From Deltaproteobacteria bacterium (GTDB lineage: Bacteria > Desulfobacterota_D > UBA1144 > Nemesobacterales > JAJCZQ01), in contig JAJCZQ010000026.1 of NCBI GenBank assembly GCA_029262335.1, positions 24,443 to 88,442 on the forward strand: 64,000 bases of DNA, written 5' to 3'. Within the stretch, counting starts at the first letter, position 1. Each line of letters starts with the position of its first letter. Below the pieces are notes generated by a model that was given only the letters and a program-made list of their open reading frames with translations, did not search any database and was not told where the DNA came from. The translations under genes were made by a program, and so were the position numbers. Below, one piece after another: positions 9,158 to 19,673 of this stretch.

Positions 9158-10885
9158 TTGTCTATTAATATTTATAAGAAAAAATTATTTATTTTTACAT
9201 TTCTAATAATTACATCTTTTGCTTATTCTTTGAATACCGCAATCGCATCTCAGAATGATACGCAGGACAAACAGTTAGAAGCAGTTATAAAAAAAGAAAA
9301 CAAGACAGTTAATAAGCAGGAATGTACGACATCAGAAATAGATCTTTCCCAGGGAAAGCTATGCGGGAAAACTGTAAATTTACCTGGTAAAAAAACTGCA
9401 AATACCTACCTTGGCATCCCTTTTGGTGAAACTACAGCCGGAATTAACCGCTGGCGGTCACCTATTGCAGATTCAGGATGGAACGGCACATTAAAGGCCA
9501 CTGAACATGGTCCCGCATGCCCCCAGACAAACAGGTTTGACCCGACTCTGCCATATAATGAAGACTGCCTTACCGTAAATGTCTGGACCCCTTCAGGAAA
9601 ATCAAAGCAGCCAAGAAGCGTGATGGTGTATATATACGGCGGCGCATTTTTATACGGCTACAGCGGTGACCCTGTATATGACGGTGCTTATACAGCCGCT
9701 AATGGAGATGTAGTTGTTGTTAGCATGAACTACCGCGTTGCTTCACTCGGTTTTTTGGCCGGTATAAAAGACAAAAATTCCGGTGAAGAGATTAACGGCA
9801 ACTTTGGTATTATGGACCAGGCACTTGCACTAAAGTGGGTAAAGGACAATATATCTAATTTTGGGGGAGACCCGGATAAAATTACACTCTACGGGCAGAG
9901 CGCTGGTGCATCCAGTGTTGCACTTCATTTAACCGGCCCTTCTAACAGCCTTTTTAACAAGGCAATTATGCAAAGCAACCCCCTCGGCATTCCATATAAA
10001 TCTATAAAAGATTCTAAGCCAATCGCGGAAGATTTTGCAAAAAATATTGGCTGTAATGTTGATGATCTTGAATGCTTACGCTCAAAAACGGCAGAGGAAG
10101 TTATTAAAGCAGAAATTCTTAAAGGCAGGGTTTTAGAAGCTGCACTACACGGCATTAAAGACTTCCTGGTCTGGGCACCTGTGATTGATGGGAAAATAGT
10201 CAAAGCTCACCCTTTAAAACTTATAAAAGAAACCGGGATAAGGAAACCTCTTATTATCGGCACAAACAAAAACGAAGGGCTTACATTTGTAGGGTTTGCT
10301 ATGAACAAAATTGGCCTGAAAAAACTAAGTGATATTGAATACTCTCTGGCACTTGATGTTGTGTTCAGGAACAATAAACTGAAAAATAAAGTATTAAAAA
10401 AATATCCGCACCAAAACAATGACAATGAAAAAATGCTTGGAAATGTTCTTACAGATTATCTTTTTACCTGCCCTTCCCTCTTTCTCGCCGATAATTCTTC
10501 AAAAAAAACGTGGGTCTATTTATTTGACGAGGTCCCTTCATTTAACCCGTTAAAAATAATAAACCTTACAGTATGCGGAGATGCAGTATGTCATGGATTT
10601 GAACTGCCCTTTGTTTTCCATTCTGCCGGGAATATTGGTTACTCATTTACTCCTGAGGAGAAAATGCTTTCGGTTCTTATGGTTGACTACTGGACTAATT
10701 TTGCCAGGAACACCGATCCGGATGGTAAGGATGAAATATGGCCAACATATAAATCAAGAACATCTAATGTAATTTTTGTTACACCGATTAATGAAATTGA
10801 AAGTAAAAAAGACCTTAAAGCAAGATGCGATTTCTGGGACGGTATTGGCTACGATTTACATACATCATTCTGGGATATTTTTTAA
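9158..10885 (+). CDS. Type B carboxylesterase (secreted)
   Basis: EDCL.VNVW, YGGAF, GQSAG nucleophile elbow and CHGFEL. Confidence 0.93.
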   Translation: MSINIYKKKLFIFTFLIITSFAYSLNTAIASQNDTQDKQLEAVIKKENKTVNKQECTTSEIDLSQGKLCGKTVNLPGKKTANTYLGIPFGETTAGINRWRSPIADSGWNGTLKATEHGPACPQTNRFDPTLPYNEDCLTVNVWTPSGKSKQPRSVMVYIYGGAFLYGYSGDPVYDGAYTAANGDVVVVSMNYRVASLGFLAGIKDKNSGEEINGNFGIMDQALALKWVKDNISNFGGDPDKITLYGQSAGASSVALHLTGPSNSLFNKAIMQSNPLGIPYKSIKDSKPIAEDFAKNIGCNVDDLECLRSKTAEEVIKAEILKGRVLEAALHGIKDFLVWAPVIDGKIVKAHPLKLIKETGIRKPLIIGTNKNEGLTFVGFAMNKIGLKKLSDIEYSLALDVVFRNNKLKNKVLKKYPHQNNDNEKMLGNVLTDYLFTCPSLFLADNSSKKTWVYLFDEVPSFNPLKIINLTVCGDAVCHGFELPFVFHSAGNIGYSFTPEEKMLSVLMVDYWTNFARNTDPDGKDEIWPTYKSRTSNVIFVTPINEIESKKDLKARCDFWDGIGYDLHTSFWDIF

Positions 10886-10894
10886 TATAAAAGA

Positions 10895-10977
10895 AGGAGA
10901 CCATCTTTAGTGAAATCTCGGTTTCACCTTATCATACCTACAAGCCAAATATATATAGATATAACTGACAGTCTCCT
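10895..10977 (-). other. Predicted three-way-junction RNA structure in the 3' region of the small basic ORF, followed by a U-rich tract
   Basis: P1 AGGAGACUGUC/GAUGGUCUCCU, P2 GUUAUAUCUAUA/UGUAGGUAUGAU, P3 GUGAAA/UUUCAC. The G-U pairs in P1 and P2 form only on the minus strand. Confidence 0.5.
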
Positions 10978-10992
10978 GAGCGCGGCCCTCAA

Positions 10993-11142
10993 CTAGTGTT
11001 TAAGCGGGGCCTTTCGCTGTTTTTTCCATTTTCGTTCGCCTGCATACCTCAGGTAACTCTTCCCGGCTACAACCGGGGCATTTTTAACCTTCTTCCATTT
11101 CCTGTTACCAAGGTATTCAAGGAAAGCTTTCTTTACAGACAT
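10993..11142 (-). CDS. Unannotated 49-aa highly basic protein with two 23-aa repeats
   Basis: MSVKKAFLEYLGNRKWKKVKNAPVVAGKSYLRYAGERKWKKQRKAPLKH. SD-like AAGGGG upstream. The repeat is conserved at the amino-acid level. Confidence 0.75.
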   Translation of the reverse strand: MSVKKAFLEYLGNRKWKKVKNAPVVAGKSYLRYAGERKWKKQRKAPLKH

Positions 11143-11271
11143 TTAATTTCCCCTTTTTAATTTCCTTATAGTAAAAGTATATGATAAAAAGCGTTTAAAA
11201 ACAGTCTATTTTTGGGCCATTAAATATGATATATTTATTTGATAACTGATTTTTTTGTGGAGGAGTGAGGC

Positions 11272-12345
11272 ATGAAACTTAGACAATTCTTTTTAACTTT
11301 ATTTGTACTATCTGTATTTTTAATTCCTGGCATTTCCAAAGCGGGTGTGGGACCACCTTTTATTTCATTTACACTTCCCGAAAGTGACGGAATAAATAAT
11401 TTTGATGCATTTAATCTCACACTTTTTTATGTATTCGATTTAAGAGAAAGGGAAACTTTCATCCAGGTTACATACCCTGACCAGGGTGTAAATGCTTCTG
11501 TACATGTGCAGATCTTTGATGTGAGCAATAACTGCAATGAAAATAATTTCTTTGATCTTTTTACTCCAAACGACACACATGTTTATAACTTAAGAGACAT
11601 TCAAACCAACAATGGAACTCCATCAGGTGTAGTACTCCCCGATAACTCTTATGGTATAGTTGCCGTGGATATTCAGGGGATATTTAATGGCATGGCTATC
11701 TCTACAGGCGGTGGGTTAGGAAATGTAAGAATTGTAGACAATAATGGCTATGAATACAGGACCAATGCTGTACAGTTTGTAGATACAAGATTAACAGATG
11801 CTATAGATGAAAATACCTTCTATTCATTTAATTTTAATTCTGAAAACGGCGTATCACTTTCAGATATCTACGGAATAACACTTCAGAGAATACCTTTAAA
11901 TTTTCAAGGCTCTAACCCGTTATTATTTCAGGAATGGGCTGCTACAAATGTACAGGACGTATTTTCTCCTTTCGATATAGATATATATGACCTTAACGAA
12001 GTGCCCTTCTCATGCAGGGACATTGTATTTTCCTGTGTAAACGACACTAATCCTTTGCTTGAAGAGTTGCTCGAAATTTCCGGAAAAAGTGTTGCAAGCT
12101 TTGATTACGGTATTAATAACTCAATCCCGCACAGCAGGGGTGGTGAACTTTTATGTCCTGGCAATATTGTTAGTGATGGGATTGTTAAATTAACTCCTGA
12201 GATAAGGCCCGGTCTTGATATCGGCCTAAATGATTTTGCCTTTTTTGGTTTTGCCGGTTTAAACAATGGTAACGGTAGGGGTAGCTTTGACTCGTTCTGG
12301 TTATTTAATTACCCCAGTATTGGTTTAGAATTTAATAATTTATAA
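11272..12345 (+). CDS. Secreted hypothetical protein, paralog of 7063..8136
   Basis: SD GGAGG, signal peptide and shared Cys-containing motifs. Confidence 0.85.
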   Translation: MKLRQFFLTLFVLSVFLIPGISKAGVGPPFISFTLPESDGINNFDAFNLTLFYVFDLRERETFIQVTYPDQGVNASVHVQIFDVSNNCNENNFFDLFTPNDTHVYNLRDIQTNNGTPSGVVLPDNSYGIVAVDIQGIFNGMAISTGGGLGNVRIVDNNGYEYRTNAVQFVDTRLTDAIDENTFYSFNFNSENGVSLSDIYGITLQRIPLNFQGSNPLLFQEWAATNVQDVFSPFDIDIYDLNEVPFSCRDIVFSCVNDTNPLLEELLEISGKSVASFDYGINNSIPHSRGGELLCPGNIVSDGIVKLTPEIRPGLDIGLNDFAFFGFAGLNNGNGRGSFDSFWLFNYPSIGLEFNNL

Positions 12346-12366
12346 TGGTTTAATAAGAAAAACTTT

Positions 12367-12406
12367 AAAAAAAGGGGCATTGAATTAAATCAGTGCTCCT
12401 TTTTTT
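12367..12406. terminator. Bidirectional intrinsic terminator
   Basis: A-tract, GGGGCATTGA..TCAGTGCTCC hairpin, T-tract between convergent genes. Confidence 0.75.
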
Positions 12407-12408
12407 AT

Positions 12409-13767
12409 TTATACTATCCCGTAAGCAAGCATAGATTCTGCTACTTTTACAAACCCCGCAAGGTTTGCCCCTTTGACATAGTCCACGTGGTTTTTGCCTT
12501 CTTTTCCATATTCGACGCACTGCTGATGGATATTTATCATAATCTCTTTTAGCTTCGCATCCACTTCTTCTCTGCCCCATGACAGTCTGAGTGAGTTTTG
12601 GCTCTGCTCAAGGCCTGATACTGCCACCCCGCCGGCATTTGCCGCCTTTGCGGGGCCGAAAAGTATTCTGGCTTTTCTGAACTCGTGTACTCCTTCAAGT
12701 TCTGTAGGCATATTTGCCCCTTCAGAAACTGCTATAATCCCGTTTTTCAGAAGAGTTTTCGCTTCCTGGTGATTTATTTCATTCTGAGTTGCACAGGGAA
12801 AAGCCACATCTGCCGGGACTGACCATGGCCTTTTCCCATTAAAAAATTTTGCATTTTTGTATCTGTCTGCATATTCAGATATCCTTCCTCGCCTTACTTC
12901 CTTTAGGTCTTTTATAAATTCGAGTTTTTCATGGTCTATTCCGTCCTTATCATAAATAAATCCGGACGAGTCCGACATGGTAACGACTCTTGCCCCCATT
13001 TGGGTTGCTTTTTCAACCGTATAGATCGCAACATTACCTGAACCCGAAACGAGGCATGTTTTGCCCTCGAGGCTGTCACCCTTATTTTTGAGCATATCCT
13101 CGCAGAAATATACACATCCGTAACCAGTTGCTTCTGTCCTTACGAGGCTTCCGCCAAAAGAAAGTCCTTTTCCCGTTAATATCCCTGTAAATTCATTGGC
13201 AAGTCTCTTATACTGGCCAAACAGATAACTTATCTCCCTGCCCCCTACCCCTATGTCACCCGCCGGCACGTCCGTATCTTCACCAACATGCCTGTGAAGC
13301 TCTATCATAAGTGAGTGGCAAAACCTCATAATCTCTCGGTCTGATTTACCTTTGGGATTAAAATTTGACCCTCCCTTACCGCCTCCCATAGGGAGTCCTG
13401 TAAGGCTGTTTTTAAATACCTGTTCAAATCCAAGAAATTTTAAGATACTAAGATTTACTGAAGGATGAAACCTCATTCCGCCCTTATAAGGCCCGATAGA
13501 GTTATTAAACTGCACCCGCCAGGCCCTGTTTACCCTGACATTACCGGCATCATCTTCCCAGGAAACACGAAATATTACGATCCTGTCCGGCTCTGTCATT
13601 CTTTCAAGTATTCTGGCATGGAGGTAGTCCTCGTTATTAAGTACATAGGGCATTAAATCTTCCACAACTTCCCTAACGGCCTGGTGAAATTCAGGCTCAC
13701 CCGGGTTTCTTTTTACAAGGCCATTCATGAATTTTTCAACTTCAGCTCTTGATTTCGCAGTTGACAT
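12409..13767 (-). CDS. gdhA: NADP-specific glutamate dehydrogenase
   Basis: GPYKGG.RFHP, GGGKGG, DVPAGDIG, EATGYG and GSGNV motifs. Confidence 0.97.
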   Translation of the reverse strand: MSTAKSRAEVEKFMNGLVKRNPGEPEFHQAVREVVEDLMPYVLNNEDYLHARILERMTEPDRIVIFRVSWEDDAGNVRVNRAWRVQFNNSIGPYKGGMRFHPSVNLSILKFLGFEQVFKNSLTGLPMGGGKGGSNFNPKGKSDREIMRFCHSLMIELHRHVGEDTDVPAGDIGVGGREISYLFGQYKRLANEFTGILTGKGLSFGGSLVRTEATGYGCVYFCEDMLKNKGDSLEGKTCLVSGSGNVAIYTVEKATQMGARVVTMSDSSGFIYDKDGIDHEKLEFIKDLKEVRRGRISEYADRYKNAKFFNGKRPWSVPADVAFPCATQNEINHQEAKTLLKNGIIAVSEGANMPTELEGVHEFRKARILFGPAKAANAGGVAVSGLEQSQNSLRLSWGREEVDAKLKEIMINIHQQCVEYGKEGKNHVDYVKGANLAGFVKVAESMLAYGIV

Positions 13768-13883
13768 AAATACTCCTCAAAAAGTTTAATTTGTTTATAA
13801 ATCAACTTACGAGGAAGATTGAAAATATAGTTTTAAGAATTTTTTACAGGGGATTGCAATAAGGGAGAAAAACTTTTAAAATA

Positions 13884-14090
13884 TTACTTATTAAACACTG
13901 ATTTGAATTTATTTTTTGTTTGATTATCAAGGTTCTTATTCAGGTAATCGTGAATAGATTTTCTTATAATTTCGGAAACATCCATTTCAAGTTTCCATTT
14001 TGCTTTTGCAATAACCTCGTAAAGATCATCATCGATGAAAAAAGTCATTTTTCTGTTCATTGCTTTCTTACCAATCGGTTTCCTGGCCAT
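13884..14090 (-). CDS. Ribbon-helix-helix (CopG/Arc-like) small DNA-binding protein
   Basis: RKMTFFIDDDLY...SEIIRKSIHDYL strand-helix-helix pattern. Confidence 0.65.
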   Translation of the reverse strand: MARKPIGKKAMNRKMTFFIDDDLYEVIAKAKWKLEMDVSEIIRKSIHDYLNKNLDNQTKNKFKSVFNK

Positions 14091-14207
14091 GGCCGGAAAT
14101 ATACCATATTATATGAATAATGCATAATATACATTTTATACATATAATATTTACATTACAGCTACAATAATTTATAATATCTTTCATCCAGAGAGAGGAG
14201 GTACAAA

Positions 14208-14561
14208 ATGGGCTTAGAGTTAATAAAAAACCCGGAGAGTTGGAAAGAAGAGTGGGGATTAAACAGTGGGCACTATACTGTTGAGGGCCTTATGTACAGG
14301 GCTGTAGAGGAATGCGTCGCAAATATGGAAAACCAGAAGATGCATCCCATTATGGTTATTGCCGAATACATTGTGGAGATGAAGAAATACTATCCCGATG
14401 AATTTGTCAGCGATAATTTAATGAAGGCTGCTGCCCAGCTTTTAACAGAAAACTACAACAAGGTGGAGGCTGATGAAATTTACTATTTCATGCTAAAGAC
14501 CGAAATTGATCATAATTTTGGTTTAGACACAATAAAAAACCTTGTTAAAGAGTTCAGCTGA
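14208..14561 (+). CDS. Hypothetical protein
   Basis: 117 aa with a strong SD (GGAGG). Confidence 0.75.
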   Translation: MGLELIKNPESWKEEWGLNSGHYTVEGLMYRAVEECVANMENQKMHPIMVIAEYIVEMKKYYPDEFVSDNLMKAAAQLLTENYNKVEADEIYYFMLKTEIDHNFGLDTIKNLVKEFS

Positions 14562-14697
14562 CCTTCGGTGAAATCCAGGTGTAAATATTAAATTTATTTA
14601 CACTTTAAATTTTGCAATATATTATATTGAATAATTGAATTTCTATTCAATTATGATTTTTTTGCAAATTAATACTGGGCGAGAAGGTTAATTTACT

Positions 14698-14928
14698 TTG
14701 GAAAAGAAAAATCTTGAAGACAAGATGAGCGCAATTGGGCTTAAGCGTAACAAGATTGAAAAACTCAAGGTCTTTATTGACCAAAAGAACTCTTCAAAAA
14801 ACGTCAGGTTTAATTTTGGCGCAAATACCGTTGATTTCAAAGACGAAGAATTTGAAAACGGTTTGCTAAATGAAATTGCTGAAAAATTAATAAACCAGCT
14901 GGAAAATGAAATAAAATCCTTAGATTAA
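14698..14928 (+). CDS. Hypothetical protein
   Basis: 76-aa ORF with coding-like composition. Confidence 0.55.
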   Translation: MEKKNLEDKMSAIGLKRNKIEKLKVFIDQKNSSKNVRFNFGANTVDFKDEEFENGLLNEIAEKLINQLENEIKSLD

Positions 14929-14951
14929 ATTTTTATTCACCTTTGTAGAAA

Positions 14952-15263
14952 TTAATTTACTATAATAGTTTTTTTAATGATTACAGTAGGTTTGGCCTCA
15001 ACCGGCACACCTATTACTTCAATTGCAACCAGCTTCCCATCCTTTTCTGATGCCTGGACCCTGTAGCCGGTGGATATGTCTTTGAGTTTGCTTTGTACCG
15101 CCTGAAGATTATAAATCTGGCCTGCATTATCCTGAATCCTGACTACATTGTCACCTACCAGGGTAACTTCTCCGGTAATCTCCTGCATTGATGATGCATT
15201 TAGTCCTGAACTAAGAAAAAGAGTAATAACAAATACAAATAAAATAGAAGTAAATCTTTTCAT
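14952..15263 (-). CDS. Small secreted beta-rich (OB-fold-like) protein
   Basis: Signal peptide, ITGEVT...GYRVQA pattern, SD GGAGG. Confidence 0.7.
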   Translation of the reverse strand: MKRFTSILFVFVITLFLSSGLNASSMQEITGEVTLVGDNVVRIQDNAGQIYNLQAVQSKLKDISTGYRVQASEKDGKLVAIEVIGVPVEAKPTVIIKKTIIVN

Positions 15264-15365
15264 AACAATACCTCCGGGTATTAATTTTGATCAGATTCAC
15301 CCTCGCCTCTAGTTATAAGTATGGGGAAAGAGAATTGAACTTCAAGGATTTTATTTATTAAAAAT

Positions 15366-15968
15366 CTAAGCGTCTATGTTTATATAACCGGGCTGGTTTT
15401 CTATCCGTCTGCACCACTTTTCAACATTAGAAAATTCCGAAATGTCTATACCGCCCTCATTTGCAAGCAGTATATATGGATAACAGCACATATCAGCTAC
15501 TGAGTAACGCCCGGCAAGAAAATCGTTATTGGCTAAATGATCTTCCATAATTGAAAGGGACTGTTTTCCCTGCTGCTGATGCGATTCAAGCTGGGTCTGG
15601 TCAAAATTTCCTTCACCTAGAAATTTAAGATAATATCTCGATACTGCAAGGTACGGATCAATTGAAGTCTTACCAAAAATTGACCACTGCATAATCCTGC
15701 CAAATTCTTCGGGTGTGTCTGAAAAAAATGCATTTGGCGAATATTTCTTGGCAATATAAATGGCTACAGCATTAGATTCCCAGATTGTAAACTCCCCGTC
15801 TATAAGTACTGGTATTTTCTGGTTTGGATTCAGGCTGGTAAAACTTTCGGTCTTATGCTCCCCTTCAAACAGCTCTACCCTTACTTTTTCATAATCAAGG
15901 CCGAGGTGAGACAAAAGAAGCCTTGCCTTGTAGCAGTTACCCGATAGGGGATGGTCATATAATTTCAT
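15366..15968 (-). CDS. Glutathione S-transferase family protein
   Basis: SGNCYK, LNPNQKIPVL and WESNA motifs. Confidence 0.93.
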   Translation of the reverse strand: MKLYDHPLSGNCYKARLLLSHLGLDYEKVRVELFEGEHKTESFTSLNPNQKIPVLIDGEFTIWESNAVAIYIAKKYSPNAFFSDTPEEFGRIMQWSIFGKTSIDPYLAVSRYYLKFLGEGNFDQTQLESHQQQGKQSLSIMEDHLANNDFLAGRYSVADMCCYPYILLANEGGIDISEFSNVEKWCRRIENQPGYINIDA

Positions 15969-16005
15969 ATTCTAATCCTGATATTCTGTAATTTTAATTA
16001 ACTGT

Positions 16006-16497
16006 TTAATCCATAATAAAGCTAAGGAATTTTTCATTAAAATTTTCCTCGCCAAACACCTTGAATAGTGCTTTCCTGTTCGGAAGAAAATAAAGTACAT
16101 TGGCCTTAGTGAGTATATCTTTGCCCGCCTTTATCACAGTCTCAACTTCTACCCTTCGTTTTTCATGGTTTGATATTTTGCCTGAAACAACGAGTTCGGT
16201 ATCCATTGGTACCGGTTTTAAATAGCTAAGATCAATTTTTGCAGTAAGTCCAATCTTTTTTATACAGTCAAACATTGCCCAGTATGCTACTTCATCTATC
16301 AGTGCACACTGTACACCACCATGAAGTATTCCGGGAAAACCATTAAAGTGCAGCTCGGGTTTGATCTTTGAAAAGACTTCTTTCCTTTCATCATCAGCAT
16401 AAAATTTTAACCTGAGCCCGTGGCTGTTATTCGGGTGACAGGCAAAACAGTTATTGCCGGGAAAATCCAGGAATGAATTTTCTACTTCTCTTATCAT
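16006..16497 (-). CDS. PaaI-family thioesterase
   Basis: CFAC.P.N..GL and HGG...LIDE hot-dog motifs. Confidence 0.88.
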   Translation of the reverse strand: MIREVENSFLDFPGNNCFACHPNNSHGLRLKFYADDERKEVFSKIKPELHFNGFPGILHGGVQCALIDEVAYWAMFDCIKKIGLTAKIDLSYLKPVPMDTELVVSGKISNHEKRRVEVETVIKAGKDILTKANVLYFLPNRKALFKVFGEENFNEKFLSFIMD

Positions 16498-16504
16498 GCA
16501 GTAA

Positions 16505-18937
16505 TTAATCTCTCTCTACTACTTTAGCAACAGCAGCCACTCTTTCATCATCTGCAAGTCCAATGAGCCTTAACCCCTGTGCTCCTCTTCCGTATACGCT
16601 GATCTCGGATACTTTCATCCTAATCACCTTGCCGCCATGTGTTGTTATTATCATGATTTCCATATCATTTGTGACCTGGAATGCGCATACAACCTTTCCG
16701 TTTTTACCGGTTGTTTTAATTGTCATAACGCCTTTTCCGCCACGGCCCGTAATCCTGTAGGCATCCACAATGGTCCTCTTTCCGTATCCCATCTCGGTTA
16801 CGGTCAGCACCTGTGCTTCGGGCGTCTCAAGCACCTCAAGGCTAACTACATGGTCACCTTTACCCAGCCTTATGCCTCTTACCCCTGTTGCACTCCTTCC
16901 CATGTCCCTAACATCATGTTCATCAAACCTTATTGCCTGGCCGTCTCTTGATGTTATAAGAATTTCGTTGGTACCATCTGTGATTCTAGCACCAATAAGT
17001 TCGTCTTTATCTTTAATGTTTATGGCAATAATTCCTCCAACCCTTGGCCTTGAGTATGCCATCAGTTTTGTCTTCTTAATAACACCGTTTTTAGTTCCCA
17101 TGATAATAAATTTATCTTCTTCAAACTTGGTTACGGGAAGTACAGCCGCAACAGTCTCGGTGTCAGCAAGATTAAGAAGGTTTACCATGGCTTTACCCCT
17201 GGTGTTTACACCCGACTCGGGTATTTCGTGTACTTTAAGCCAGTAACATTTTCCAAGATTTGAGAAAAACAGTACGTAATTATGCCTTGAGGCAACAAAC
17301 AGGTCTTCAACAAAATCAGTATCTTTGGTATTAATCCCTGTTCTTCCTTTTCCGCCTCTTTTCTGGCTTCTGTATACACTGAGAGGGGTTGTTTTTATAT
17401 AGCCTTCATGAGTGATTGTAACCACCATGTCTTCATCAGCTATCAGGTCTTCTATGGAAAGCTCTTCAGCGCTGTCCATAATCTCAGTCCTTCTTTTATT
17501 TGCAAACTGGTCTCTTATCTGAAGCAGTTCATCCTTGGCTATGTTTAAAATCAACGCTTCGCTTGCCAGTATTCCAAGAAGGCGTTCTACTGTTTTAATT
17601 AGTTCTTTTCTTTCTTCAAGTATCTTATCGGTTTCAAGTGCAGTAAGCCTTTGCAGCCTCATATCCAAAATTGCCTGGGCCTGAATATCGCTAAGGGAAA
17701 GCTTGCTGATCAGCCCCTCTTTTGCTATCTGCGGGCTTTGTGACTTCCTGATCAGTTTTATTACTTCATCAATGTTATCAAGTGCGATCTTTAGCCCTTC
17801 CAGTATATGGAGCCTTGCTTCTGCCTTTGCCAGCTCAAACTGTGTACGCCTTGTGATAACTTCTTTTCTGTGGTCAATAAACTGTGCTATTGTTTCTTTG
17901 AGCGTAAGCACTTTCGGCTGGTTTCTTACAAGCGCAAGCATTATCACGCCAAATGAAGAATCCATAGGGGTGTGCTTATATAGCTGGTTGAGAATCACTG
18001 CTGCATGCTCTCCGCGTTTAATCTCTATCACGAGCCTTATTCCGTCGCGGTCCGATTCGTCGCGGATATCTGATATGCCTTTTATTTTTTCATCCCTTAC
18101 AAGCTCGGCTATTCTTTCTGCAAGTTTTGCCTTGTTTACCTGATAGGGGAGTTCTTCTACTATAATTATTTCCCTGTCGCCTTTCTTTTGCTTTTCTATC
18201 CTGGCTTTTGCCCTTAGTTTGAGAATACCCCTTCCGGTCTCATAAGCTGATTTGATAGGTTCTCTGCCAAGTATAAATCCACCGGTTGGGAAATCCGGCC
18301 CCGGCATATGTGTCATTAGTTCACTTATTGTAATATTCGGATTTTCGATCTGTGCAGTGACGGCATCTACAAGCTCTCCCAGATTATGGGGTGGTATGTT
18401 GGTAGACATTCCGACCGCTATACCGGAGGTACCGTTTAAAAGAAGATTAGGTACTTTTGTCGGCAGTACCATTGGCTCAGATTCACTGCCGTCATAGTTA
18501 GGTAAAAAATCAACAGTTTCTTTATCAAGGTCATCAAGCATCTGGGAAGCTACCCTGGCAAGCCTTACCTCGGTATACCTCATCGCTGCAGGTGAGTCTC
18601 CGTCAACAGAGCCAAAGTTACCCTGTCCGTCTACAAGCGGGGTCCTCATTGAAAAGTCCTGCGCCATCCTCACAAGTGTGTCGTATATGGCGCTGTCCCC
18701 ATGGGGATGGTATTTACCCATAACGTCCCCTACAATCCTTGCTGATTTCTTATATGGCCTGTTCCAAGCATTTCCCACTTCATGCATTCCATAGAGAATT
18801 CTTCTATGGACAGGTTTAAGCCCGTCTCTTACATCCGGAAGGGCCCTCCCTACTATCACACTCATGGAATAACTTAGATAAGATTCCTTCATCTCATCTT
18901 CAATATTTACAGGAAGAATCATTGGGTCCGTGGACAT
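16505..18937 (-). CDS. gyrA: DNA gyrase subunit A
   Basis: [14 protein letters not shown] and the GyrA-box QKRGGKG. Confidence 0.99.
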   Translation of the reverse strand: MSTDPMILPVNIEDEMKESYLSYSMSVIVGRALPDVRDGLKPVHRRILYGMHEVGNAWNRPYKKSARIVGDVMGKYHPHGDSAIYDTLVRMAQDFSMRTPLVDGQGNFGSVDGDSPAAMRYTEVRLARVASQMLDDLDKETVDFLPNYDGSESEPMVLPTKVPNLLLNGTSGIAVGMSTNIPPHNLGELVDAVTAQIENPNITISELMTHMPGPDFPTGGFILGREPIKSAYETGRGILKLRAKARIEKQKKGDREIIIVEELPYQVNKAKLAERIAELVRDEKIKGISDIRDESDRDGIRLVIEIKRGEHAAVILNQLYKHTPMDSSFGVIMLALVRNQPKVLTLKETIAQFIDHRKEVITRRTQFELAKAEARLHILEGLKIALDNIDEVIKLIRKSQSPQIAKEGLISKLSLSDIQAQAILDMRLQRLTALETDKILEERKELIKTVERLLGILASEALILNIAKDELLQIRDQFANKRRTEIMDSAEELSIEDLIADEDMVVTITHEGYIKTTPLSVYRSQKRGGKGRTGINTKDTDFVEDLFVASRHNYVLFFSNLGKCYWLKVHEIPESGVNTRGKAMVNLLNLADTETVAAVLPVTKFEEDKFIIMGTKNGVIKKTKLMAYSRPRVGGIIAINIKDKDELIGARITDGTNEILITSRDGQAIRFDEHDVRDMGRSATGVRGIRLGKGDHVVSLEVLETPEAQVLTVTEMGYGKRTIVDAYRITGRGGKGVMTIKTTGKNGKVVCAFQVTNDMEIMIITTHGGKVIRMKVSEISVYGRGAQGLRLIGLADDERVAAVAKVVERD

Positions 18938-19127
18938 TTAGTTTTAAGCCTCCGAAAAATTAGAAAAATAGAAATTATTAATACTGGTAAACTTTCTTGG
19001 TTGTTGGAATATTCTAACCGTTTTTTTTATTAGTTTTAATAGTAAATTCAATTAATTTTAACAAATACCAATATCTTCATAAGTGCCCCAGATTGCTATA
19101 TATTTGCACTATGGTAGTATATGCGAA

Positions 19128-19673
19128 ATGCAGGTTTTAACCGGAAAGGTAAAAGGGAGAAAACTAAAGGTCCCGAGTTCCAAAAAAGTAAGGCCTACTA
19201 CAAGCAGGGTTAAGAAATCAATATTTGATATCCTTGGTGATTTAGAAGGGTTAAATGTACTAGATCTCTTTGCAGGTTCAGGCAATCTTGGTATTGAAGC
19301 GTTGAGTAAAAATGCCTCAAATGTTACTTTTGTGGAAAAAGACAGGGCCGCATTCAGGCTGATTAATGAGAACATAGATAACTGCGGATTCGGCGACTTA
19401 ACCAAAGTGATAAATAGTGACTTTGAGAAAGCCCTCAAACACCTTGAAAGAAAGGAAGAAAAGTTTGACCTGATTTTTATTGACCCGCCATATGAAATAT
19501 ATGATAAGGTAAGTTTTATTGATATGCTGCAATTATCAGTCACTGTTTTAAACAGTTTTGGTACAGTGGTAATGGAACATAATAAAGAACTATTTTTAGA
19601 AAATTTGGATTTTGACCTTGAAACTAGGAAATATGGCAGTACTAATATTACTTTTTTCTGGAGCAAAAATTAA
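19128..19673 (+). CDS. rsmD: 16S rRNA m2G966 methyltransferase
   Basis: VRPT, LDLFAGSG and DPPY motifs. Upstream of coaD. Likely start is ATG 19128. Confidence 0.93.
   Translation: MQVLTGKVKGRKLKVPSSKKVRPTTSRVKKSIFDILGDLEGLNVLDLFAGSGNLGIEALSKNASNVTFVEKDRAAFRLINENIDNCGFGDLTKVINSDFEKALKHLERKEEKFDLIFIDPPYEIYDKVSFIDMLQLSVTVLNSFGTVVMEHNKELFLENLDFDLETRKYGSTNITFFWSKN

Noticed and set aside
10992-11012. Complementarity between the sigma 3' UTR (50409-50425) and the end of the 49-aa ORF
   Set aside because: An 11+6 nt match with a bulge is expected by chance in 64 kb.
6928-12345. Integrative island at tRNA-Gly
   Set aside because: Accessory-looking genes follow the tRNA, but I found no integrase and no duplicated tRNA 3' end in the window.
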